Assembly (NCBI GenBank): GCA_964510585.1
Contig: CAZECW010000076.1
Coordinates: 1-32,000 of the forward strand
DNA length: 32,000 nucleotides
Source: an uncultured archaeon
GTDB taxonomy: Archaea; Asgardarchaeota; Jordiarchaeia; Jordiarchaeales; Jordiarchaeaceae
Reading direction: 5' to 3'
Within the stretch, counting starts at the first letter, position 1. Every line of letters begins with the position of its first letter. A program made the translations under genes and the position numbers. The notes below the pieces were generated by a model. It did not search any database and was not told where the DNA came from. It worked only from the letters and a program-made list of their open reading frames with translations. Below, piece by piece: positions 1 through 9,412 of this stretch.

Positions 1-92
1 CCCAGGCTGTATAGGGTGAATCTTCTCACGTCGAGCAGTTTTACTGCGTATTTGTAGGGCACAGGCTTCCTACGCATAACTGCCTTACCCAT
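1..92 (-). CDS. N-terminus of an unidentified protein running off the window edge (MGKAVMRRKPVPYKYAVKLLDVRRFTLYSLG...)
   Basis: ATG at 92-90 with an open frame to base 1, divergent from nadA across an AT-rich gap. Too short to assign. Confidence 0.3.
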   Translation of the reverse strand, partial: MGKAVMRRKPVPYKYAVKLLDVRRFTLYSL

Positions 93-198
93 AGCATGTG
101 TATAATACTACCCAAAAATAGAAGAATTTTTGGACGTGCTCGTCTCTAAGGCAATGTTTAAATTCTAAAATCATTTCGTTCTCCTAGACTTCTGGGAG

Positions 199-1149
199 TT
201 GTTTGTATTGTCCAAGAAAAGTAGAATCAGAGAATTGCAAGAGGAAATATTGAAGCTTAAAAAAAGTGAGAACGTGTTTATTGCAGCTCACAATTACCAG
301 AGGCCGGAGATTCAGGAAATAGCAGACGTTCTTGGCGACAGCCTAGAATTGGCGATGCTTGCCAAAAAAAACATTGAAGGAGACATTATCGTTTTTTGCG
401 GCGTCGACTTTATGGCGGAAACCATGTCAATCCTCAACCCAGATGCCCAAGTCTATGTTCCAGAACCAAAAGCCAAATGTCCTATGGCGACAATGTGCCC
501 AAAAAACATCGTCGAAAAGGCAAAAAAGGAGCATCCAGGCCTACCAGTAGTATTATATGTCAATACTCTCGCAGAGGCAAAGGCAGAAGCCGATGTTATG
601 TGCACATCTGCGAACGCGGCAAAAGTGGTAAAGGCCCTAGGCTCAGACAAGGTTCTATTCGGTCCCGATGCAAACCTGGCAGCTTATGTGGAGAAGAGGA
701 CTGGAGTTAAGACTATTCCAGTACCAGAGGACGGATACTGCATAGTACACGTAAGATTCACAGCAAAGAAGATTCACGAATTGAAAAATAAGTATCCTGA
801 CGCAGTTGTGCTTGTTCACCCAGAGTGCGACATGGAAGTTCAGGAGGTAGCGGATGTGGTTGCATCCACAAGTCAAATGCTCAAGTATGTTAAAGACTCA
901 AAAGAGAAGAAATTCATCATTGGAACAGAAACAGGACTGATAGACCGCATGAGAAGAGAAGTTGGTGGAAATAAGATATTTATTCCCGCATCAGAAACCG
1001 CCATCTGCAGAAACATGAAGCGGAACACTCTGGAAAAAATTCGAGACGTAATCATTAGTAAACCCCATAAGAATTTAGTTAAGGTTCCAGAAAACATAGC
1101 AGAGAAAGCAAGAAACGCTCTTGAAAAAATGTTTGAACTAACTAGGTAA
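199..1149 (+). CDS. nadA: Quinolinate synthase A ([4Fe-4S])
   Basis: Motifs AHNYQ..EIQ, GDSLEL, FCGVDFMAE, CPMA, YVNT, CTSAN, PD.NL, CIVH, HPEC, STS, GTE.G and C..MK; three cluster Cys present; TTG start. Confidence 0.95.
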   Translation: MFVLSKKSRIRELQEEILKLKKSENVFIAAHNYQRPEIQEIADVLGDSLELAMLAKKNIEGDIIVFCGVDFMAETMSILNPDAQVYVPEPKAKCPMATMCPKNIVEKAKKEHPGLPVVLYVNTLAEAKAEADVMCTSANAAKVVKALGSDKVLFGPDANLAAYVEKRTGVKTIPVPEDGYCIVHVRFTAKKIHELKNKYPDAVVLVHPECDMEVQEVADVVASTSQMLKYVKDSKEKKFIIGTETGLIDRMRREVGGNKIFIPASETAICRNMKRNTLEKIRDVIISKPHKNLVKVPENIAEKARNALEKMFELTR

Positions 1150-1355
1150 TTCTTACCAAAAATGGCGCCAATGCTAATCTTATTCAAGGTAGAATGAACT
1201 GCGAATTGTTAAGATACATAAGAGGTGGGAAACTAATAGGGCTTGACCCGGGAAAAACGCTCTTAAAAATTGGCTGACCAGACAGCGGTACCTCTGTGCT
1301 TGAAGAAGGGGAATAGTATGACTAGGTTGTGGGCATGTCACAAATTCGGGTAGTA

Positions 1356-1646
1356 TTAGATCATGTCTCCGCCGTGAACCGCTGAGAGGAAAACCACATT
1401 ATCTCCGTCTTGTAATTTTGTATCTATTCCCTGAAGCAAATCTATATCTACCTTGTTTATTAGAACAATTATACCGGGATTCAGCTGACCTTCATTAACT
1501 GTGATGGCATCAAAAAACTTCTTGTCAACTTCACGTATTAATTTTAGAAGTGAGCGAACAGTGGCCCCATTTTCAATAGTGAATAGCATTTTACTCTTTT
1601 TTGCGGCATATTTAAGAGAAGACAAGGCGTGTACAATTACCTTCAC
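1356..1646 (-). CDS. Ubiquitin-like beta-grasp protein (Urm1/SAMP/MoaD family) with a 3-residue extension after the Gly-Gly
   Basis: 96 aa; PGIIVLIN..DI.LL.G.DT.L.DGD.V.FLS..HGG followed by DMI-stop (GTT CAC GGC GGA GAC ATG ATC TAA on the - strand). Confidence 0.85.
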   Translation of the reverse strand: MKVIVHALSSLKYAAKKSKMLFTIENGATVRSLLKLIREVDKKFFDAITVNEGQLNPGIIVLINKVDIDLLQGIDTKLQDGDNVVFLSAVHGGDMI

Positions 1647-1902
1647 GAGAAACCCACCTATGAAAAAGTTTATTGAATTTTCAAATATAGTCCGCGATAT
1701 TTAAATTGATTTAAAACTAGTCGTTGTGAAAAAAATTATGAAAGGATGATCAAAATAGGTGCGTTTCCTCATCGCTCGACAAGCTCAGTGCAGGTCAGTT
1801 TTCTCATCTAAATATACTTATAAGCGAACATTCTTTTTAGTGTTTCTGTCAAGGCCAACAAGCATACTTCGACGTGGATGCTGGTGTTAATAAACAAGGC
1901 AA

Positions 1903-1923
1903 AAACTGGTTTTAAGCCAGTTT
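1903..1923. terminator. Possible stem-loop between ggr and the ubiquitin-like gene
   Basis: AAACTGG(1903-1909)/CCAGTTT(1917-1923) inverted repeat about 10 nt past the ggr stop. Confidence 0.25.
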
Positions 1924-1933
1924 CCGTGTATCA

Positions 1934-3118
1934 CTAGTCTTTTATTTTGTTTCTAATTTTGCTTTTTAGCCAGTAAGGTATTGCTCGGACTAATATTTGA
2001 GAATAGGACTTTCTCCCCATTAAAAGGTCGCCTACTAGTTTCTGCATCCCCCTATCTGACATAATTTCGGCTCCCACATTGGAGGACTGTCCCCTTAAGA
2101 AGTAGTTTTGGAGCCAAACACCCCATTTTAATTCTCTTCCCATCTGTTTTTTCAACTTTTTCTGATAAGCTGACAAGTATTTCTCACTAAAATCATCTTT
2201 TTTGAACGCTTTACTTATAACGTCTGCAGCTATTTTCCCGCTGACCATAGAGTAATACATACCTTCTCCCGTGATGGGAGACACGGTACCAGCAGCATCA
2301 CCCAAAAGTACAACTCTGTTCGAATAAATTTTAGAATACAGGCCTCCAAGTGGAACCAAGGCAGCATCAAAACGAACTATCTCTGCGCCCTCAAGCCTTC
2401 TTGAAGCTACAGGATGTTTCTTAACAAATTTTTCAAGATAGATTTTTAGATTTCCCTCAACCTTAGAAAGGAGTGATCCCACACCAACAGCTAGACAGTC
2501 TCTCTTTGGGAAAATCCAAGCATAACCAAAAGGAGACACACCACTACCATAGTAGAACTCGTTTATATTTCCAAACCTTTCATCTATTAGTTCGGGCTGC
2601 ATGCTCATTAAATACTGCACACAGAAACCCAGAGATTCCCGGCCCTCCATAGGGTTTAAAAAATTTTTAATGAGAGAGTTAACTCCGTCTGCTCCCACCA
2701 CCATTTTCGTCTGGAATGTTTCAGACGTATCCAGCTCCACATGGCTCTGTCGTACCTTTAATTTCTTCACACGCTCATTTGATCTTACCTCAGCACCAGC
2801 GAAAATCGCTTTTTGAGCCAGATATTTCCCAAGTTTGGTACGATGAACATTACCTCCCACCCTCTCATTATATTCTATAGTAAACGATTCCTTTTCACGG
2901 TACATCACTCTAACTCCCCAAATCTCCCTCTCTATAATACTCTCATCCAAAGAAAATTCACGTATGGCTCTCTCTGTTAACATACCACCGCAGGGTTTAT
3001 CCTTATTCGGTTCGGCTCTCTCGTCCAAAACAAGCACATCTAATCCCAGCGAAGCCAATTTTTCCGAACAAATAAGTCCAGAAGGCCCCCCACCCACAAT
3101 TATCACATCCCAATCCAT
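1934..3118 (-). CDS. Geranylgeranyl reductase family FAD-dependent oxidoreductase (DGGGPL reductase-like)
   Basis: DVIIVGGGPSG, KPCGG, VGADGVNS, GYAWIFPK, GDAAG.VSPITGEG. Start trimmed to the ATG at 3118 (GAGGTG SD upstream) instead of 3139. Confidence 0.9.
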   Translation of the reverse strand: MDWDVIIVGGGPSGLICSEKLASLGLDVLVLDERAEPNKDKPCGGMLTERAIREFSLDESIIEREIWGVRVMYREKESFTIEYNERVGGNVHRTKLGKYLAQKAIFAGAEVRSNERVKKLKVRQSHVELDTSETFQTKMVVGADGVNSLIKNFLNPMEGRESLGFCVQYLMSMQPELIDERFGNINEFYYGSGVSPFGYAWIFPKRDCLAVGVGSLLSKVEGNLKIYLEKFVKKHPVASRRLEGAEIVRFDAALVPLGGLYSKIYSNRVVLLGDAAGTVSPITGEGMYYSMVSGKIAADVISKAFKKDDFSEKYLSAYQKKLKKQMGRELKWGVWLQNYFLRGQSSNVGAEIMSDRGMQKLVGDLLMGRKSYSQILVRAIPYWLKSKIRNKIKD

Positions 3119-3143
3119 CCACAACACCTCAAAAGGCACTCAC

Positions 3144-3938
3144 TCAAACAATATCTCCGAAGCTTACAATAGCGCTCAGAGCGATTTTAATGGCGTCGTC
3201 TAGTCCCTGCAACAGTTCTGATGCATACTTTACGGCATGAACTAAACTCTCTTCGGTTCCCGGCTTATCACTCACAACCATTATTGCAGCAGTCCTCATT
3301 TTGTAAATTTTTCCTAAAGTAAAAATAGCTGAGCTTTCCATATCTATTCCAATAGAGCCTTTTTTAACCGCCTTCTTGTATAATTCAGGCGTCTCCCTGA
3401 ATAGAGCATCCGTAGTCCAAACTGGACCCACATAAATTTTCCTATTACAATCCTTGGATTTTTGGATGAGTAAATTTGTTAAATTGGAATCGGCTTCTAC
3501 TTTTTCTCCTTCCATATAGTGTCTGGTAGTGCCGTCTCCTTTGAAGGCGGAATTAGCTATGACTATATCCCCAATGCGTAGATATTCCATTAGACCTCCC
3601 ACAAAATCTACTCTCACGGCTATTTTGACCTTGGCCCTATGTAATGCCTCCATAACAATAGCCGCAGAGGGACATCCAATTCCAGTTGGAACTACGGATA
3701 CATCCAAGGAATCTATTTTTCCCAAATGTGTTTGGCCCTTGGCCTCGGGTTTCTTTATGAAACTCAATATCCTGCTGGTGCAAGTCGGGACTGCTGGAAG
3801 CAATACTCTTTTTGCAATGGCGTTGGGCCCGCAACCTAGCAACATGTTTACAATTAAGGAATCCTCAGACAAAAACCTCATCCCTATTGATTTGGGCAAA
3901 ACTTCGATGCCATATTTTAACTTCTTTTTAAGATCCAT
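3144..3938 (-). CDS. Nucleoside phosphorylase, PNP/UDP family 1
   Basis: TGIGCPSAAI..EAL, GDIVI...A..GDGTT..Y, VWTTDALFRE, GIDMESSA, VVSD. Start trimmed to MDLKKK (ATG 3938); the upstream part of the track ORF looks like AT-rich promoter DNA. Confidence 0.85.
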   Translation of the reverse strand: MDLKKKLKYGIEVLPKSIGMRFLSEDSLIVNMLLGCGPNAIAKRVLLPAVPTCTSRILSFIKKPEAKGQTHLGKIDSLDVSVVPTGIGCPSAAIVMEALHRAKVKIAVRVDFVGGLMEYLRIGDIVIANSAFKGDGTTRHYMEGEKVEADSNLTNLLIQKSKDCNRKIYVGPVWTTDALFRETPELYKKAVKKGSIGIDMESSAIFTLGKIYKMRTAAIMVVSDKPGTEESLVHAVKYASELLQGLDDAIKIALSAIVSFGDIV

Positions 3939-4275
3939 GTTTATAATATACTTATCTATTAAAAGATATCTTTTACTAAAATACCAAGAAAAACTCATCC
4001 AAACACCGGGGGGAGGGATAATAGTGTTCAACCAAGTAGTTTTGAAAAATAAAAAGGAGGGTTTATGTATTCAACTCGTGGAAGCAGTTCCGGCTTTTTA
4101 TGGCTCCTTTTTTCAGAAAGGTATTGTTTTGGCTATTTTACTTCCCGGGTGGATTTCAGCTAAATGAACCACGTCAATTCTTTCCTTTAAGCAGTCTAAG
4201 TCTCATTATCCTTTTCTTGGTCGTAACAGCTAGGTGTGAATGGAGTTACTTATTGCATTTCAGTTTTGAGATTTC

Positions 4276-5127
4276 TTATAGTAGAAGGAGTAGCCAACCT
4301 AATTCTTCCCAGTAGTTAAATGCTAGAAACTGGGTTAACAAGCGTTTGGCTTCTGAGGGTTGCGGCCAGCGACCAACAAATGCAGCATAAACTGGGTCGG
4401 TGGTTAGCCCGTAGATAAGTAAGCCAGCCAAGAGGAAAATTACAGAAATGATTACGAAGAGAGCGAACGGCGAATCCTTCAATGAGGCTCTGCCCTTGGA
4501 AGCTAAAAGGAAAACTACGATTACGCCTATTGAAAGCACTATTGATTGAGGCACAAATTGTCCTTCTATGACCGCCTGAACAACGAGGAAGCCTGCAACT
4601 CCCCCCGAAACAATAATCGCAACATAGTCAGCCCTTACTAGGGATATATGCTCACCCATCCAGATTTCTAGAGCCACTCCAGATACGAGTAACAATAAGA
4701 AGCCTGTGTAAACCAATTGGTGGCCAAGCATCTCATCAAAATAGTATATTTTAGAATAAATGGTCCAGAAGTATATCTGCGCCGGCGGGTTGCTCAATGG
4801 AAATATTAGGGAGGCTAAATGAAGAAATGATAAATTTTCCGTTATAAGCACTTCAATATTATTGGCAGTGAAATGCATACCGTGTCCTTCAAAGAAGATG
4901 AAGAAGGATAATACCATAAATGCTTGAAGCAAAAGCAATCTCTTATCTGAGCTTTTCTTGGCTTTCTCAGCAACAATGACCCTGTAGAAGACCATAGCAG
5001 ATAATCCTATGAAGGGAGCTTGCACGATTATATCCCAGAACTCCCCTAGGGAAAACACTTCTGGAAGAAAGGAAACTAAGAAAAACAGCAGCATAAAAAT
5101 GGAAATGGTTTTAGTCACCCTATTCAT
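4276..5127 (-). CDS. Polytopic membrane protein with CLN6-like motifs
   Basis: About 7-8 hydrophobic segments; motifs EGHGMHFTANNI, YYFDEMLGH, VIEGQ, TDPV, WPQP. ATG at 5127 has a GGAGGA SD. The CLN6 similarity rests on my recall of the human sequence. Confidence 0.6.
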   Translation of the reverse strand: MNRVTKTISIFMLLFFLVSFLPEVFSLGEFWDIIVQAPFIGLSAMVFYRVIVAEKAKKSSDKRLLLLQAFMVLSFFIFFEGHGMHFTANNIEVLITENLSFLHLASLIFPLSNPPAQIYFWTIYSKIYYFDEMLGHQLVYTGFLLLLVSGVALEIWMGEHISLVRADYVAIIVSGGVAGFLVVQAVIEGQFVPQSIVLSIGVIVVFLLASKGRASLKDSPFALFVIISVIFLLAGLLIYGLTTDPVYAAFVGRWPQPSEAKRLLTQFLAFNYWEELGWLLLLL

Positions 5128-5279
5128 TTTAAGTCCTCCATAATAGCCTGTATACAATAAGTTTTAGGTTTAAAGATAAAGTTAACAAAAAGTTCTCCTT
5201 TTTGTATACAAGTCTTAAAAAATTAAGTTTTTGGTTGTGTCTGCTAATCGGTTACTTTTTTTGTGATAATTGGGCCCAT

Positions 5280-6200
5280 CCTATGTTATGGTTTATCTGA
5301 AAAACAAACTAGTAGGTGAAGCCCAATGATATCCATATAATAACCAAATATACATTCCATGGGATCTAAAAATCTTATTGCCCTATCCAAGAGGCCTTGG
5401 ACGAAGCCAACCTGAACAAAGAAATCCCCAAGAACAGCACTAGAAAAGACGCAAAAAACCAGCCAATAGACAAGCTGCAGGAAATACGCCAGAAACCAGG
5501 ACAAGAAGTTCCCAAGAGCCCGAAACATTCAAGAAAACACTGGCGACCAGACAAGGCACATTAAGGTTCAAGCTCGTCAAGGCAAAGTCCCTGAAGAAAA
5601 GAACCATACTGAAGACCGCTCCTCTCCACAATAGGGCTAGAGCCGAGGAAGAGAATTGCCCACAACCTAGTCTTCAAAAACGCTGGAGACGACAACCCCC
5701 ACCCACCTACGGATACTCCAACGCCGTAAATACAGAACCTCCAAAAAAAGCCAAGACCCCGCAAGCACAGAATACACCCCTACATCCAAGAGGTAGGAGT
5801 CCTCTTTAGGTTGGGGACGCAGAAAAATTAGAAGCCGAGACCTGACCTGCTCTTAAACAGAAGACAAAAAGGCCCACGGCCTAAAAAGAAAAAAGTCAAC
5901 ATTGTATCCTTGAAGGGACGCGAAAATAGGCGAGAAAAGGTCTTATGGAACTCGGTGAAAAGGAATTGGAGAGAAAACGTAGAAATAGACCAAACCCGAG
6001 CATAGATCCTAAGTAGAGGATGCGGACAAACCTCTTGAGAGGCGTCCTCCCAGACGGAGCACTAAAACCATCAGCTCTGAGCAAAACCACTTGGTGAGAG
6101 ATGAGCCTTCGCCTGTGGAAGGCCGGCCCACCTCAAAAAATGAGCGAAGTTAAATTCTAAGAAGCTGAGGAGGATACTGTACACCTGCAGAAAATCTGGT
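5280..6200. pseudogene. Probably decayed coding or mobile-element remnant, not identified
   Basis: Only short overlapping ORFs in shifting frames; strongly A/C-rich and T-poor on the + strand; no recognisable motif. Confidence 0.2.
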
Positions 6201-6705
6201 GAGGTTGTTTATAAAAACCCTAACTATTTTGTTGACAATTTTTTCGGCACCTTCAGAAAGGGTGGTGTCCCCCACAATTATCTTCCTTTAATTTTATCAT
6301 AGTATAAATAAAAATAAATTAAAATAAAGATAAAATTAACAATTCGTAGGCACTATCAAGAAGGAAGGTTGGTAGGAAGAAGCTAATGCCATGCTAGAAA
6401 CTGATGTACTACAAGTACAAGAAAAGAGTTTGAGCTTAATGACATTGCTCCATAGGAGCGCCGGGGCAGCAGTGACTTCGTCTGGCCGCTTGGCTCATGT
6501 GTTGCCAAGGCAGCACAACATCTGAATGAGAAGGTAATGAGGGGAAAACATAAACACTGTACAACTCAAACAAAATTAATAGCAATACAAATACATCAAT
6601 TTTTTCGGCGTATTCCTCATAGTAAATTTTATTAAAGGAATAGTTTGATAGTGTTCTGGATTAGAAACTATCTGCTCCCGCTGTTTAAGGATTATTAAAA
6701 AAGTC

Positions 6706-6740
6706 TATAAATAAGGAAAAATTCTCTGATAAAAAGGAGG
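6706..6740 (+). promoter_or_regulatory. Candidate TATA box and SD of the hdr cluster
   Basis: TATAAATA at 6706-6713 preceded by an A-rich BRE-like tract; GGAGG at 6736-6740, 10 nt before the hdrC ATG. Confidence 0.45.
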
Positions 6741-6750
6741 ATGACTGGCA

Positions 6751-7332
6751 ATGACAAGCGCTAGCCCAGAAAACGAGGTGAATGCTAGTGAAGGTGAAAC
6801 AATTAGTTTAAGCGAGATTGATCAGACTTTTCTAAAAGATTTGGAGAATTTGCCTGGTGGAGAAGCTTTGAAGCTTTGCTATCAGTGTGGTGTTTGCATA
6901 TCGAGCTGCCCGGTGGCAAGGTATTTAAGTGAGTATAAACCGGCTCAGATTGTTAGAATGGCTGTTTACGGTCTTAAAGAGAAATTATTCGCCAGTAGAA
7001 ACATATGGCTATGTTCTACGTGTTATGCCTGCCTAGAACGCTGCCCGGAAGGAGTGAGACCAGCAGATATCATTAGATCCATCGCCAATCTTGCTTTTCG
7101 AGAGGGCATAGTACATGTTGCATTTAAGGAAGCCGCTACTAATATTTTAAACACGGGTAGAATGTTTGAGGTGCCAGAAATTAGGAAAAAGAAAAGAGAG
7201 AAAGTGGGGTTACCAAAGCTCCCAGAAGTAAATATTGACGAAGTTAAAAAGCTTCTAAGAAGCACTGGGTTAGAGGAACGTCTGTCCAACACGAAGAAGG
7301 TTATTGGAACCTCCGAAGAGAAATCAGAGTAG
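6751..7332 (+). CDS. hdrC: Heterodisulfide reductase subunit C
   Basis: CYQCGVCISSCP and WLCSTCYACLERCP ferredoxin motifs; 193 aa; directly upstream of hdrB. Confidence 0.9.
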   Translation: MTSASPENEVNASEGETISLSEIDQTFLKDLENLPGGEALKLCYQCGVCISSCPVARYLSEYKPAQIVRMAVYGLKEKLFASRNIWLCSTCYACLERCPEGVRPADIIRSIANLAFREGIVHVAFKEAATNILNTGRMFEVPEIRKKKREKVGLPKLPEVNIDEVKKLLRSTGLEERLSNTKKVIGTSEEKSE

Positions 7333-7345
7333 AAACTAATAAGAT

Positions 7346-8239
7346 ATGGGGGTTGTGGAAGTGAAGTATGCGTTTTTTCCGGGATGCTTATCCCCTTCAC
7401 GTATACCAAGTTATGAACTTGCAACTAGAAGGATCGCGGAAAAGTTAGGTATAGATCTTGTTGATTTAGAGGGAGCTAACTGTTGCGGTTACTACCTCAT
7501 GTCTCTGGATCACCTTTCCGCTTTGGCGTTGGGTGTGAGGAATCTCTCTTTAGCTGAGAACTTAGGATTAGATATTTTAACCATATGTACGGGTTGTTTT
7601 AGCACACTAAAAGAAACAAATGATATCTTTAAGGAGAACAAAGAGAAACAAGCTGAATTGAATAAGCTAATGAAAAGCATTGGGAGAGAATACAAGGGAA
7701 GCGTGGAGATAAAACACTTGGCCAAAGTACTACTTGATGATGTCGGACTAGAAAAAATTAGGGGAAGCATCGTACATCCACTTAAGGGATTAAAGCTGGC
7801 TATTCACCCAGGCTGCCACCTTGTTAGACCATCGGATCATCTTCATTTCGGCGATCCAGAGGATTTAAACGTGTTAAGAGAGCTAGTAAAGGTTACCGGG
7901 GCCGAGGTAATTGAGTATCCTGATGAAATGGCTTGTTGTGGATTTGTCATCTTTGGTGTTGATAAAGACGCCTCGCTAAAAATAGCTGGAGACAAGCTAA
8001 GGGCAATAAAATCATCGGGCGCAGATGCAATAATTACCTTCTGCGGTTTTTGCACACTTATGTTTGATAGAAATCAGCCAATAATTGAAAAATTCCTCAG
8101 CGAGAAATATGATATTCCGGTTTTACTGTACCCGCAGCTACTCGGCTTAGCTCTGGGCATCAAACCAGAAGACCTCGGGATCGATGAGAATAGGGTGAAA
8201 CCAAAAACTGTATTCGAAGTGCTAATGGAGGAAGAGTAA
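7346..8239 (+). CDS. hdrB: Heterodisulfide reductase subunit B
   Basis: YAFFPGC, NCCG, C.GC, HPGCH, CCG and C.FC: two CCG domains; 297 aa. Confidence 0.92.
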   Translation: MGVVEVKYAFFPGCLSPSRIPSYELATRRIAEKLGIDLVDLEGANCCGYYLMSLDHLSALALGVRNLSLAENLGLDILTICTGCFSTLKETNDIFKENKEKQAELNKLMKSIGREYKGSVEIKHLAKVLLDDVGLEKIRGSIVHPLKGLKLAIHPGCHLVRPSDHLHFGDPEDLNVLRELVKVTGAEVIEYPDEMACCGFVIFGVDKDASLKIAGDKLRAIKSSGADAIITFCGFCTLMFDRNQPIIEKFLSEKYDIPVLLYPQLLGLALGIKPEDLGIDENRVKPKTVFEVLMEEE

Positions 8240-9402
8240 TGGTTTCAGCTTCGGAATTTGCTGTATCAGAAATTGTAAAATATTGTTATCAGTGTGGAAA
8301 ATGTGTTGGTATTTGTCCAGTATCCGGATTGAAAAATTTTAATCCACGACTCATGATTCACAAGATTCTTCTTGACGGCCCCGAGTGCTTACTTAGAGGC
8401 AATGACATTTGGAATTGCCTTACATGTGACCAATGCTCTAGTCTCTGCCCAATGGGAATAGAGTTTTCAAAGTTCGTTAGAAGTGCAAGGGTAGAGAGTT
8501 TCAAGAGGGGAATATACGGCGAGGAGGCTCATACGGGAATTCTTTCAACTATTACCAAAATCATGGCTAATTCCAATTTGACTCCAAATATGCTTGGTGA
8601 ATGGTTCCCTTCAAGACTTAAAATACAAAATAAGAGCGAGTACGCTTACTTTGTAGGATGTCTACCTATTTTTGATCGGGTTTTCGCAAACATAGGAGGT
8701 AAGTATTCGGACATAGCTGTGGCAGCGGTAGCTATTCTCAATGAGCTGGGTATAACTCCTGCAGTGGTCAGTGATGGAAAATGTTGTGGGCATGATAGGC
8801 TGTGGTCGGGAGATGTTGAAACATTTAGGGCGCTGGCAGAACATAATCTCCAAGCCATTGATAGGACAGAAGCATCAACACTTATCACAACATGTGCCGA
8901 GTGTTATAGGACACTTAAACTAGACTATCCTGAACAATTCGGTGAGCTTCCTTTCAAAGTAGTCCATATGTCTGAGTTTTTGGCAGATCAGATAGATAAG
9001 AGGGGATTAGATTATCCTGTAACAGATAAAAAAAAGGTTACATACCATGATCCCTGCCGTCTTGGAAGGCAGGCAAAAGTGTTTGATGCTCCTAGGAAGG
9101 TCATTAAAAGCGTTCCGGAACTTAGTTTTGTTGAGATGGAAAGAATAAGAGAAGATTCATTATGCTGTGGTACAAGCAGTTTTCTATCTTGCAATGATTA
9201 TGCGAAGGCGATAAGAGTTGATAGGATGAATGAAGCAGAAAGAACTGGGGCCAATGTTCTTGTTACAACATGTCCTAAGTGTCAGATACATTTCAACTGT
9301 TTAAAAACTGAGGTACAGTTTGCTGATTGTAAGACAAAGAAGTACGACTTTGAAATTACTGATTTGACTGTACTGGTAGCCCGATCTCTTAAACTGATTT
9401 AG
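8239..9402 (+). CDS. HdrD/GlpC-like Fe-S oxidoreductase (2x[4Fe-4S] plus 2 CCG domains)
   Basis: CYQCGKCVGICP, WNCLTCDQCSSLCP, YFVGC, CCGH, CAEC, YHDPC, CCG, CPKC; TAATG stop/start overlap with hdrB. Confidence 0.85.
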   Translation: MVSASEFAVSEIVKYCYQCGKCVGICPVSGLKNFNPRLMIHKILLDGPECLLRGNDIWNCLTCDQCSSLCPMGIEFSKFVRSARVESFKRGIYGEEAHTGILSTITKIMANSNLTPNMLGEWFPSRLKIQNKSEYAYFVGCLPIFDRVFANIGGKYSDIAVAAVAILNELGITPAVVSDGKCCGHDRLWSGDVETFRALAEHNLQAIDRTEASTLITTCAECYRTLKLDYPEQFGELPFKVVHMSEFLADQIDKRGLDYPVTDKKKVTYHDPCRLGRQAKVFDAPRKVIKSVPELSFVEMERIREDSLCCGTSSFLSCNDYAKAIRVDRMNEAERTGANVLVTTCPKCQIHFNCLKTEVQFADCKTKKYDFEITDLTVLVARSLKLI

Positions 9403-9412
9403 AGGTTTGAAT

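Noticed and set aside
1194-1316. 40-codon frame MNCELLRYIRGGKLIGLDPGKTLLKIG-TGA-PDSG... as a possible small selenoprotein
   Set aside because: The TGA is not in a recognisable Cys motif, and the downstream ATGA (1318) does not form the SECIS helix and GA pair.
5265-6282. GATAATTG / CAATTATC inverted repeat as IS terminal repeats
   Set aside because: Only 8 bp in AT-rich DNA, with no target-site duplication or transposase motif seen.
6439-6476. A third canonical SECIS
   Set aside because: It needs a bulge to put GA in register, lacks the apical AAA, and no UGA-containing gene was found upstream.
6391-6525. 44-codon ORF MLETDVLQVQEK... upstream of hdrC
   Set aside because: No SD at a suitable distance and no recognisable motif; the region is better treated as a structured RNA candidate.
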